Source: the human T2T-CHM13v2.0 reference genome, Homo sapiens
Length of the DNA: 64,000 nucleotides
NCBI RefSeq assembly: GCF_009914755.1
Contig: NC_060925.1
Strand: one strand, 5' to 3'
The translations under genes and the position numbers were made by a program. The notes beneath the pieces are model-generated. The model had not been told where the DNA came from. It did not search any database and worked only from the letters and a program-made list of their open reading frames with translations. This document shows positions 1 to 13,552 of the stretch, piece after piece; the first letter of the stretch is position 1; every line of letters begins with the position of its first letter.

Positions 1-838
1 ACAATATCCAGTACATATCATGGTTATATGTCATTAAGTTGGACGCATGAAATTGTAATGTCCATACTGGAACAGATGTTTTTTTCTATGCAATAGCCAC
101 CAATAATGAACATGAAAATCAACACCTTGTCTGAAATGCAGAGGAGTCACAGCTTAAACATAGCCCTCTGAGGCGTTTTCTGAACAATGTCTTTCTTTGC
201 ATTTATATTACCAGTCATGATATTCAGCTTGAAAAAAATCACAATGGAAACGTTCCTTGCTAATTCAACCGTGGAAAGAAAACTTGGCAATTGAGTTTTG
301 GAAAGCAGAGGCTCTTTTATCTACCTGATCAATATAGTATCATCAGTTGACAGATTTATTCCCACATGGTTATTAACTTACTCAAGCAAATGAAAATTTC
401 ATGAATATCTAGCAGTCATGGCAAGATGTTAACAGAGTTTGACAAAGAGATTTAAAATGTATTATGTACAAGTTTCTTATTTCTTATTACAAACTTTTTT
501 TGCTTTACTGACATGAACTGCAGAAATTGTCATGGTTTTTTACTCTTGTCTGTTTAAATCAGTAACCACTACAAAATAGCTTATTGCTTCCAGGTTTGCC
601 AACTTTAATAAGGTGAAAATATTTACTTGGCATAAACAGGGTGGAGCAGAATGAGCATCTTTATACTGTATTTGTCTAGAAATAGAATTGCTCAAACAGG
701 CCAAAAATGAATTTAGAATCATATCATAAACTGTTCTATACTAAATTATTAATAGTTAAAGTTTATCTTTTTATGTCTCTGGTATAGGAAGGAAGTGGAT
801 ATTTGTCATTTTAAAGTAAATATAAGACACATGTTTAG

Positions 839-1424
<586 letters not shown>

Positions 1425-2104
1425 CCCTTGGTTTCTTATGTTTGTGCACAGTCTTCGAGACAGGCAAGGTTGAAGGGTTGAGGATAGAGCAAAGGAATCA
1501 GGGTTTGAATACATTTAAATAAACATGCAGTGAAAGCATCCAATGTGGATAAGCACAGGGGACATAGCTTTGAATAAAAATCAACCCCATTGTCTACCGT
1601 TTAAAATGAAAACAAATATTTTCTGTCAAATGTTCTAGCTTCAGATTTTCATATTATCTCTTATAGACCAACGTAATTAAGATCAAGGAGATAATGAGTC
1701 TTCAACATGGATATAGCATCTCTGCAATTGATAGCTTCTAGTTACTAGCAATCCTTATCCAATAGAAGAGCTTTACAAACTAAAACTAAGGTTGTGGCAT
1801 TGGGTTCTTGAATCTAATAGAGATTCTACAAACAAATAATAGCAACATCTTTTATAAGAAACTGAGATTTGAGTTAAATTTCTAGAAGTACATATTTCTA
1901 TTTATTGAATGGAAAACAAACTAAACTAATAAAGTGTGTCCATTATTGTTTTTAGAAGAGCAAGTAATCATGTACTCCTAAAGGTAGCTCTGCTATAATT
2001 GGTATTTACAACATTTTTACATGTTTACTTCTAATGTTATAGCCATTTATTGTGTAATTAGATACAATCTATAATGATTTTTTAATATTTCCTGAGCGAA
2101 CAAG

Positions 2105-2672
2105 CTCTTTATTATTCTCCTCATGATCTTTGCTTCCTGTGTTTACACCTTTGTAAGATCTCCTCTCCTGTAGTGTGCACAAAACCTGGCTGCTTCTAAT
2201 CCACTGAATCAGCAAAGTTTATGGACTGCCACTCTTGTGATTACCTCACTATATGGAAGACTCTGTCTTGATAGTAGACTCACCCTGGAGACTCTCTTGC
2301 TTCCTTGATGAAATATGGGACTATGCAGGAAACGCTTATGTGGCCAGGAACTTAGGTGGTTTCTAGGAACTGCGGGAGGCCTCCAGTTGCTGAGGAGGAG
2401 GTTCTAGCTGACAATCAGAAAAAAGCCTAAGATTGCAGACCCACAACCACAAGGAAATGAATTCTGCAAGCAACATGAATAAGCCTGGAAGTAGATTCTT
2501 CCCTTGAAACCTCCAAATGAAATTCCAGATTGCAGTCTTGTGAAATCCTCTGAAGACTCAGCTAAGCTGTGTCTGGACTATTGACTCACAGAAATGTTGA
2601 GATAATAAATGTGTGTTGTTTTAAGCTGCCAAATTTGTAATAATTTGATATGTATCTATAGATAACTAATTA
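2105..2672 (+). mobile_element. MaLR solo LTR, MLT1E-like
   Basis: CAACCACAAGGAAATGAATTCTGC...GAGATAATAAATGTGTGTTGTTTTAAGCTG...GATAACTAAT, typical MLT1 3' end; 5' boundary approximate. Confidence 0.8.
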
Positions 2673-2967
2673 ACCAACTATACTGCAATAACTTTCTTAA
2701 AGTCTAAGTAAGTAATTTCTATAGATGAGGCAATAATTTATTTTTATATTCAACAGATATTTATTTAGTGACAATACTGTTCCAGTTACTAGGGACATGA
2801 ACACAAAAGACAAAAATTCATAAGCTCTAATGGGGGACATATTAATGATATTTAAAATTGTCATAGAATAATTACATAAGTACAAGTGTAAATAATTACA
2901 TAATTACAAGTATTAAGTGAACAACAAATGATCAGCCCACTTCAGGGTAATGAGAAAAAAGCTCTCT

Positions 2968-3192
2968 CACTGGTGTGCCAGTGGGTGTTTAACAATGGGC
3001 TCTTGGCAGCAGGGAGAGAAGTGAGTCCCCATGTGTTGCATTCGCTTTTTTCTCTGGCATAACTACCCAACAATGGTCAATTTTAAGATACTAATATGAT
3101 ATTACTAATGTAATATCATTGAACACAGAGTTGGGAAGAAATGAACACAATCAACTTTTACAACTTGGTGCAGACAGGCCCGCACACCACCA
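2968..3192 (-). mobile_element. MER63-like non-autonomous hAT DNA transposon
   Basis: Terminal inverted repeats CACTGGTGTGC / GCACACCACCA; internal GAGTTGGGAAGA motif. Confidence 0.75.
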
Positions 3193-3973
3193 GGCTTCTC
3201 CAAATATGCAACAGTGAAACTGAGTGCAGACAGATGACTCTAACTCAACTAACAACAATGGGAATGAAAAGCTTTCCAGAAGAGCAGCCAAAATATCAAA
3301 GGTCTTGAACCCAGAAGAGTTTGCTTGTTTGAAGAACCAAAAGAAGAAGAATGTGACTGAAACTTAAAGGCTAAAGGAACAGAACTTCCAAAGGGGAAAA
3401 TAGCAAATCAGGAAGGTGGTCAGACCGTATTCTAAGCTCTGGGAACACAAGAATAAACCACAGATACAAAGTTCCTTCCTCAAGGTGCTCCCAGGGTCCT
3501 TATGTAATGTTAATAATTTTAGAGTTTGGTCTAATAGCAAAGGGAAACCATTGAATTATTACTGTCAAGAAAATAGTTTATATTTTTTAAAAATGACTCT
3601 GGATAAATTGATTTTTAAAAGTATATGACTGTGGGGGAAAACAGTCCAGAGAATATTATTCATCTATCAATTCCTTTATCTATGAAATAAAAATAATAAC
3701 ACTACCTTCATCATGATTGTTTTGAGAATAATTTAAAAAATACAAACTGTCTAGAAAGGTGGTTAGAACACAGTAAGTACCCAAGAAATTTTAAGAACTT
3801 TTTTTTCTCCTTCTATATTCCCTTCTTTTTAATTATTGCTACAATTAAAAGAAGTATAGGGAGGGATTTTGTTGCAGAGATGCAAATCTGAAAGTGGTCA
3901 TCATATGTCTACTATGATTTCAAACATCATATGGTGTTTGAACCCACAGCAGACAATAGTGCTAGGGAGTTGA

Positions 3974-3978
<5 letters not shown>

Positions 3979-4015
<37 letters not shown>
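3979..4015. repeat. Poly(A)37 homopolymer with no attached Alu or L1 body
   Basis: 37 consecutive A. Confidence 0.95.
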
Positions 4016-4017
<2 letters not shown>

Positions 4018-4134
4018 AGAGAAAGAGGACCCAGATCAAAGCCATGTGGAGCCCCAAAATTTAAAGTTTGACTATAAGTGAAAAAACCTCTTCCTTTGGC
4101 AGAAAACTCATGTCATAAAGTCTGGGAATGAAAG

Positions 4135-4370
4135 GTTCTGTCTGCAGAACTATGTTGAGCTCACACCTGGATTACAGAACTCATTTCTAAGGTCGTCATT
4201 ATTAGAAGTATGTAGAAAAACTGGATAGAGTTCAGGGAAAAGTAATGAGAATGCTTAAAGACTTGAGGTTGATGGATTTATGAGAAAAGATTAAAAACCA
4301 GAACATGTTTCAACATAGGCTATGGGGAGATGGGTATAATTAACCTTCTACAGTTTTAAAAGGATGGTAA
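4135..4370 (+). mobile_element. CR1/L3 LINE ORF2 C-terminal fossil
   Basis: Manual translation CRTMLSSHLDYRTHF*GRHY*KYVEKLDRVQGKVMRMLKDL../YEKRLK resembles the CR1 motif LVRPHLEY..QFWAPHYKKDIDKLERVQRRATKMI.GL....YEERLKEL. Confidence 0.75.
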
Positions 4371-4835
4371 ACATTGAGGGAAAAATATCTTCCTAAGATT
4401 GAAAAAAGAAAAAGAAAAAATTATTAGTCTATTAACCCAAATAGTAGAAGAGGAGACCCTGAGATTGAGAACATTTATTTTGTGGAGTTTTACAGAATGT
4501 TTTATGACTAAATATCACACACATATATAATGAAAAAAATCTCTGGAAGTCTTTAACTTCTAGATAAAATAAAATCTTCACCAGTGCAGAGATTAGCATC
4601 TTTTTAATTGATGTATCACCAATATCTGGAGCAATGCCTGACATAGAGAAATTGCTTAATGAATATGCACAAAGTTTTTAAAAAAGAAAACAATATCCTT
4701 AAGCTTTAAACCTAAAGGCTGCTACTAGCATCAGGAATAAGTCTATGATTGATCTATGGATAATAAATGCAACCAAATGGAGATAAGTTCAACTGTGGAT
4801 CATAATATTCTCAAGCTCCAACTCACTTATTTTAG

Positions 4836-5151
<316 letters not shown>

Positions 5152-5949
5152 AAGAATTTTAAATTCATATCCTAATCGCTTAATATTATCAAATATTAAC
5201 TTTCCAACTATTAATAAAATATTATAATATCTCACAGACATTTAGGGTCAAAACAAAGAGAAAAATTCAATAAAATAATTAAAAGCAATTTCTTCCTTTA
5301 AAATAGCAGCCACTTGAACTAATGTTCAAGTGTTATAATGTTGGTTTTTGATGGAAGAAACTATAAGAAAAAACAAACATCAAATATTTGCTTCCAGCTT
5401 TAAGAAATTAGCTTTTTTAAGTTAATATCTTAATTTACCTTTCTTGCTATTGTCATTTCAATAAAATATAAATTCTGTTAAATTAACAAAATTTTCAAAG
5501 TCATCATAGGTTCTATACACTTGAAACCATTTGATTTTAGAGAATGGACTTCATAGCATTACAGATCATTTTACAATAAAAAAATTCTATAGATGGTAAA
5601 GATTATGGGCATTCTGATAATACCAGTAATAAATAAAAGCTTAAAGCCATACTCATAGCAGTGATAATAGCACAAATTTTGTAGAAATAGATAGGTTAGC
5701 CTGTGCTGTTTCTTTCTAATAACCAGAAATAACAAGGACAGCATCTTTTGTGAATTTGTCACTGAAAATGCCTTATAAATGTGAAAGTATGAGTCAACTT
5801 ATATTAATGCACTGAATTATGTGCTAATGTCAAAAATGTCAGAATCACAATTAGTAAGTCAGTGATAAAATAGAAAAAGCAATAATGCTGATTTTAGGAA
5901 AATTCTGTCAATAATTAGATGTACCACTTTGGACTAATTTGCACAATAG

Positions 5950-7270
5950 GACATCAGACAAGAGAGAACTCTTCAGAGGAGTGGCCCCAGAAGTCTGCAT
6001 TGAGATTCACTAGGAGTGCGTGATCCAGACAAGATTGCCAATGTACAGGGCAAGGTTATGTGTTTAGCAGAGATCTGATCCAGGGCTAAGAATTAGGTGG
6101 TAATACCAAAGATTATGTGGCACCAGGAGACACTGAAGATCTCGCCCTCCCAGAGTGGAGAGATGTTGCTGAGCATCATGGGCATTCAGTCAGGAACCTA
6201 GAAATAGTCTTCATCTTTGGACTAAGGAAACACTCTAGAGTAGGAGACACATTTTAATACTAAGCGCAAAAGTGAAATAACAATAACCTACCAAAGACGA
6301 AAATAAAGCTTGTTACAGTCAGGAAATCCACAGTAACTTAATTGCCAACCAGCATAAAAATGAACACCCATTAAAAGAAAACAACATAATCTAGTTGTCC
6401 AACAATGTATAATCTACAATGGCCAACCTGCAATAAAATAATTAGTAGACATACAATGAGGCAGAAAGATATTTTTTCTTAATGAAGAAAAAAAAGTCAA
6501 TAGCATTAGACTAGGAGATGAGAAAGGTGTTGGAATTAGCAGACCAACATGCCAAAAAAATTGTCTTATAAATATGTACTTAAATATGTTTATATATGAT
6601 ATAGCAGTATCATTCTTAATAGTAAGAACCTGAAACTTCATGTGCAACAACAAGAAAATGTATAAATAAACTGTTATGTGTCCACAAAATGCAATATCCC
6701 TCAACAATACAATAAAATAACAATGTAACACACAGAAAAATAAAATCATTTTTAAAACCTTATATTGAGTGAAAGAAACTAGATTTTAAAAGAGTACATA
6801 CTAGAGCATGCCATTTATATGAAATTCAAAAACAAACAAAACTAATCTTTAGTTATATAAATTGAAATCTTTTTTTGTTTAAGTAAGGGATCAGAATTGA
6901 CTAAAAGGGGACATACAGGAACTTTTTGTGGTCATACAAATATTCTGAATCTTACCTGGGGTATTGCTAAAAGAGTAACAGTGGTGTGGTTGAGTTATCT
7001 CATGTTGGCTTATGAAAGTTGATTATTAAAGATTCAGAAATTTTGTGAGCTGCTTGTTAAGCCATTGATAACTTGAAATCAGATATAGTGAGAGTTGTAC
7101 CTGAAAGCAGGTAAACACTACAAATCAAGGGTTTACTTCCTTCTTTATTCAGTTTTATTTCTTTTAGAGAGCTTATTTACAAGCATACCACTTCATTACT
7201 GTATGAATTTATAAAATTTATTGGATACTTAAAACCTGTTTTCCTCGTTGTAGATTTTATTATTGAAAGT
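5950..7270 (+). mobile_element. Old L1M fragments (5'/ORF1-like part plus L1ME-type 3' end), interrupted by MER63
   Basis: TATATTGAGTGAAAGAAACTAGA...AAGAGTACATACT...CCATTTATATGAAATTCAAAAACA typical of L1ME 3' end; upstream part less certain. Confidence 0.6.
6979..7193 (+). mobile_element. MER63-like hAT DNA transposon inserted in L1
   Basis: TIRs CAGTGGTGTG / GCATACCACTT; internal TTCAGAAATTTTGTGAGCTG and CTACAAATCAAGG. Confidence 0.75.
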
Positions 7271-7439
7271 TTGATATGCATATTTTCAGAACTCTACTTT
7301 CATCTAAGAAAATTTGGCTCAGTTTCTGTCTCTTTAAAATATATCTATATGCTTAAATACTTTGGTTCGGTATACATTTTGTTTTGTGTGTATATTGTGT
7401 TTGTTTTGTTTTAACAAAAATGGATTCTACTATATGGTG

Positions 7440-7650
7440 GTATTATACTACATGTACTCTGAAATCACACCAGTTGGACTTGAATCTCAGCATCATATCT
7501 TATTAGCTTTAATATTTCATGTAATTTATCTTACTTCTCTAAGTTTTAGTTCTCTCTTCTGTAACTTATAGATAAAAATACCATCTACTTCAGGTTGTTA
7601 TGGAAACCAAATAGCATAATAAATGTACAGGGTTTAAATCAGGTTCCATA
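7440..7650 (+). mobile_element. MIR SINE
   Basis: TTGAATCTCAGC...TTCTCTAAGTTTTAGTTCTCTCTTCTGTAA...GGTTGTTATG core. Confidence 0.7.
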
Positions 7651-8289
7651 ACACGTTTATCATCCCAAAATTTTAGTTCATGTACATATACCACCTGATA
7701 ACTTTCTTTTAACAATTATTAATATATCCTAGGTATTAATCATACTGTTATATATTTTATGTGCATAGAACAAAGCCTAATTATAGAAATTCAATAAATA
7801 TTTATGAAATAAATAAATTAATTATTGCTAAAATTAGAGCTCCTAGAATGCAATAGAAAACCTGTATTTTAATTATATAATTTATAGATATTTTAGCAAT
7901 ATAAGCTCTTTCACTTATTCATGCACCCTTAGTTTTTCTCCTATTATATTTGCTTGCAGTCATTCTGATAAGTAAACATTAAAATAAATTTAGACCTTGT
8001 ATCATATATATATATATAACTGCTAAGCAGAAAAGAATAGTATCATGATTTTTAAAATATATATTATGACTATAATCCCCATATGCATATGGTATAATGC
8101 AGTTAATATAAGTTGCCTAGATATACAAGTTGTCTCATAAGACAGTAATTTTTTTTTATTAATCAAGAAAGATTCTTTTGGTAGTACTAAACTAGAAAAT
8201 GGCTTCTGTCTTTCCAAAAATCAAAGTTTTAAAAAAATCTCTCTCACCCTTATCCTAAAAAAGGCACTGCTGCATAATACGAATGCAAG

Positions 8290-8425
8290 CCCACCTGCAA
8301 ATCATATGCAGGTGGGAAAAGAGTTGATATAACTGATATGTGTTATGATGTAGCACATAACTCACTTTGTAGCATCCAAATGAAAGGAAAGCTGTATCAA
8401 CTATTTTCCCACCTGCATATTATTT
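8290..8425. repeat. Nested inverted repeat (26-bp arms with 1 mismatch, plus an alternative 10-bp hairpin)
   Basis: 8304-8329 ATATGCAGGTGGGAAAAGAGTTGATA vs 8395-8420 TATCAACTATTTTCCCACCTGCATAT; CCCACCTGCA at 8290-8299 also pairs with 8307-8316. Confidence 0.9.
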
Positions 8426-8544
8426 CTTTCCTTACAGATTAAGTATTATAACAGCACAAGGAGACTGCCTAGAGTTTGAAAATGCAATTGAGGGAGACAG
8501 ACTCTTTAGAAACTTTAATTTTTATGCTGGATATTTTAAATTTT

Positions 8545-8991
8545 CTCTTCCAGATCTGTACTTTACCTTTTCCTACCCTCCTCTGTGCTTTGGGAGACTG
8601 ATTATGGAACTAGCTGGATAAATTTTCTTGCATTCTTGCAGCTTTAAATTAAACCAGGGGATGAACTAACAAAAAATTGGAGGGTATAAGGAAAGTGCTG
8701 GGTTCCTGTGGGTCAGCTGCATGTGTCTACTAAGGTTATAGTCTTGTAAATCATTCCTTTCTTACAGCTACAGTTGCTGCTTCTTACTGTTACAGTTGCT
8801 GCTTCTCCTTATGTCTTCCTGACTAGGAATAGCAAAAGTTCTTCACTGTCAATATTGCAGGGTGCTTTAACTTCCTGGCTGATAATCCCTTAACACTGGC
8901 TCCTATTTGAAAATGATCCCTTAATTAAACTCTCTTTAGTTGCCTCTTCTAAGAATACTATATCTTTTCTGCGGGAATCCTGACTGATACA
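8545..8991 (+). mobile_element. ERVL solo LTR, LTR33-like
   Basis: Ends ATTAAACTCTC...CCTGACTGATACA; similar to 55540-56007. Confidence 0.7.
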
Positions 8992-9194
8992 ATTGCAGAG
9001 AGGAAGACAATTTGTGGCAGTTTATTAATCATCTTTGTTGCAAATATATACAAACGATAAATCAGAGAAAAATATATGTAGGCGTGGTTAGCAGAAGGCA
9101 AACTAATAAGTGAAATAAAATTATGGTAAAATTAGTATACACACTGTAGCTGGTACAGAAAAAGCTCACGTAGTCTTACAAAAATGCTTAAGTA

Positions 9195-9492
<298 letters not shown>

Positions 9493-9684
9493 TTAAGTAA
9501 ATAACGTTAGATTCATATCATAATTATATCAATTTTTTAAATAAAAACATTAAATAATATGATTTATGCACATGTAATACCTACATACTAGGTAAACAAT
9601 ATACAGCACACCATTCATGCTGTAATGTATGTTCAATTTCTTTATCTGATGTGAGGTTCTTTAAAATTTCATAGTCTGTTATTC

Positions 9685-10310
9685 TCAATAGAGCAGCCAA
9701 AGAGTTATCCTTTTATAAGTAAGCCAGATATATCACTTATCTACTCTAAACCTTCTTATGTCCTCACATCTAATTAGCAGTAATAGTCAAAGATCAGAGA
9801 ACCAAAGTCCTAATTTCTCTGATTCTTGTTATTGCTCTTACTGCATCTCCTATTATCACCCTCCCTCATTCTGCTCCATCCACAAGTAACCAACATGCTA
9901 GCCGATACAACAGAAATGCTTCATCCACAGGATTTGGAGTTTTGCTCCCTACCTGGGATAGTCTTCCTCCAAAGAGCTGTATAGCTCTCACCCTCACATC
10001 TACTTCAAGTCTTATGCGAAATGTTAACTTTTAGTTGAGGCTTTCCCAGACTACCCTGTTTAAATTTTCAAAACCTCTTCTCATGGTAGTCACCTCTAAT
10101 ACCCTCTCCTGGTTTTCTCCTGAGCACCCACCATCATTGAATATACTATGCATTTTACTTTAAACAGCTGTTGCTTGGTGCTTCCCCTCTACCAGAACAT
10201 AGGTTCTATAAAGATTAATATTTTCATTTATTTTATTTACTAGTGCATTTTCAGCACTCAGCACAGTCAGTGCCTGTCACATTCATTCATTGTTAATGAA
10301 CAGGTATTTG
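9685..10310 (+). mobile_element. L2 LINE 3' portion
   Basis: AGCAGCCAAAGAGTTATCC...AGGCTTTCCCAGACTACCC...CAGTGCCTGTCACA. Confidence 0.7.
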
Positions 10311-12429
10311 TGTAAGATCAACTGATTTTTAAGTCAAAATTGTGGTACTCATTATAGATTGGTACCTAAGTAGCACTTTTCTTATTCAAAAGTGCTACTA
10401 ATTATAAAAGAGCCTATTTTCAGTAATTTGACCTTTTGATTATTACTTATTATGCAAATGATCCTAGGTTCCAGACAATAATATTAATATATGCCTGCTG
10501 AAGAAAATTTGTAAATGTCAAAAGTATAAAGATAAATTTTTATTACATAAGTATATAAATATTATAAATATTTTAATGGCTTCAAAACATCCAATCTAAT
10601 ATATAATCATTTCCAAGTGATCCTCTTGTTCTACTTTCTTATTATTATGATAAATAATGTGATTTATTTAGATTAAAATAAGGTTAGGTTTAAAAATCCT
10701 GTAATTATGTTGTCATGGAGTAAGAGAATGAAATAATTATATGATACTTCAAAATAATATATTGAAATAAAAATTGTGTTTTTCTAAATGGACACGAAGC
10801 ACCACAAACAAAAAATGGCCCTTTGTTGTGCCAAAACACATTACATGGTCACTGTATTTTTATAACCATGAAACATCCCAGAAAAACAATTTAGACAGGT
10901 GAGCCTAACAGCAGTTTAGCCAAGTGGAGACTAACTTTAAGAGTGATTGAATGTGAAAGGAGGGAGATAGACTTCTGGAATGTTAAAAATATGAGAAACA
11001 CTAACAAAGCCTGAATGGATATAAGAGAAAATAATCAAAAAGTAAATGATACTAGGAAGTCTATAACTGATTATAGTCTGTGGTGAAAAAGTAACATGTT
11101 AGTTAAAAGAAAGAAGTTACACAAAAGCATTCCTGTATATAGTCCTGCATTTTCTCATTACAAACAATTTTTCAAAGAAGTACAATACTTGTTCACTGCT
11201 GTATCCTCAGAATCTTGGAAGAGTCATGGTGTATTAGAATAAACAATAATTAATTTTGAAATGACCGATTCTATGTATGTAATAAATATATAAACACTGG
11301 TTTATAAATAATTTCTATTAATGCTCTACTCACCTCCCAGACAAAACATTTACAGCTATGCCAGATGGAGAAATATGAAATATTAGAGAAAACTAAAGTT
11401 ATTTTATTTTCTTGCAATTAAGCTTTATAAACAAAATGGTAAATATCCACATAGAAACAGACAATGAAAATCAAGAATTAGATTGTTGATTTCTACAATT
11501 TGAGTTAAATGAAGACTTGTTCAGCTTTCATGTTATGTACTTGTATAAATGCAGCCATGGCTGCTAATAAAATAATTTTAAATTGCTTTGAGAAATATGT
11601 CAGTGATTTCTATAAAACTGATTGTAGATTTGGTCTCTGCTTTACTGTCAAAGAGTTATTTATTATGAATGCAGTTTGCATAGCAGTACTTTATATTTTT
11701 CTTTTAAATTTTTTAATAAATTGAAATGTATTTATCATGTTGAACAATCCCTAAAGTTTCTTACTTTGACACTTGTAAATTCATTGTTATTTGTTTAGTG
11801 ATTCAAAAGGTTATTTTTTTCTCACTGGACCATTACAGTTAAAATATTTATTAAATATCAAATATATTTATATAAAATGCTTTAAATATTTTTGAACAAG
11901 TTGAGTATAAAAAAATCTATATTTATTTAATAAATTTTGTTTTAGACTTGCTTGGTATAAGACACATAGGTGGTTTTAGAAATAGCAAATGTCATAAAAT
12001 GAGTTTACAATTAATTACTTTATCAAGCCAACTAGAATAACTCCAAGCCACCAGGCAATTATAAAATTAGTTCCTGTAAATTATCATCATTCTGACATTA
12101 ATTAAATAACCATGAGTGGTATCACTTTAATTCAGATCTCAGTGATTTACATAAGGAGGCAACTTACAATGAAGATACTCATGTTAAAACCACTGAAAGA
12201 TAACTTTTAAAAAAGAAACCAAGACCAAAATCTACATTTATGTAGTTACCATAACTGAGTATGAAATTTAGGTTTTATCTTTCAGAAATTATGGGAAAAA
12301 TGTAAAAATTAAGGATGTGGGAGGCCAAAGAAAGGAAAATGAGGCTAGTTGGTTTAAGACAGGAAAACAGGATCAAAGGATAGTAATACATTAATATTTA
12401 GAATTATTAAAATAATTTTTAAAATTATT

Positions 12430-12610
12430 TTAACCCACTTTACTACACTTACTATTCAAACCAAGGTATATATTATTGTTCCTATTTTATATGAGGGAAC
12501 AGAGGCTTAGAGAAGTTAAGAGATCACAACATTGCCTAATTGTAAGTAGCATGACTGAGACCAAGAAACAGATTCATTTTTTTTAAACTTCAAGCCCAGT
12601 TCTCTCTTTT
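12430..12610 (-). mobile_element. MIR SINE
   Basis: CCTATTTTATATGAGGGAACAGAGGCTTAGAGAAGTTAAG, reverse MIR core. Confidence 0.75.
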
Positions 12611-13066
12611 TTTATTCTACAATGTAGGATCTGATATTAGTTTCAATTCAATATTATTTAAAACATAGAAAACTTAGTTACAGTCTATAATTTTTCCTAG
12701 TGATGTTATATTATTTTATTTTTTTAATTATTATACTTTAGGCTTAGAATAGCACAATGAAAGAGAAACCAAAAAATAACTCTCTTATCCTAGAACTATT
12801 GAATTTAGACTCAAGCAAGGACCAGTTACAGAGCAAGACACCAGTCAGCTGGTAAAATCTGCAGTTTCCAGAAAAGATAACAACAATTTCTTCCCAACCT
12901 TGAAACACTTTGTTCTGGCAAGACTGAATTGCTCTTGAAGGATTCTTTTCTGCCTGAGACTGTCTCTGAGAAGTCCACTTCTATTCCTCCTTATTTATTC
13001 TAACAGAAAGCTGTTGCACCAGTTTCACAGAAAATGGAAGACAGAACACTCACTCAGGACTGCTAG

Positions 13067-13414
<348 letters not shown>

Positions 13415-13533
13415 TGAACTGACATCTCTTAAAGATTACCTCGTGGGCCTAGGGACTGTATAAGTAGTTTGCTATACGTGTGGTAAGTGAGTGAAGAGAA
13501 GTGAAACATATGCTCCTCTTTCTAAATATATGC

Positions 13534-13552
13534 GTGTGTGTGTGTGTGTGTG
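13534..13552. repeat. (GT)n microsatellite
   Basis: Direct reading. Confidence 0.9.

Larger units (their letters stand above)
2745..4080 (-). mobile_element. Fragmented L2 LINE (interrupted by MER63 and a MIR piece)
   Basis: TTCAACAGATATTTATTTAGTG resembles the reverse L2 3' end; degenerate L2-like purine-rich blocks continue to ~4080. Confidence 0.55.

Noticed and set aside
8421-8480. Plus-strand acceptor-like TTTCTTTCCTTACAG next to the hairpin
   Set aside because: No convincing donor nearby and no coding signal
12708-12742. TTTTTAATTATTATACTTTAGG, resembling the reverse extreme 3' end of L1PA
   Set aside because: Only about 20 informative AT-rich bases and no clear TSD; cannot be separated from chance
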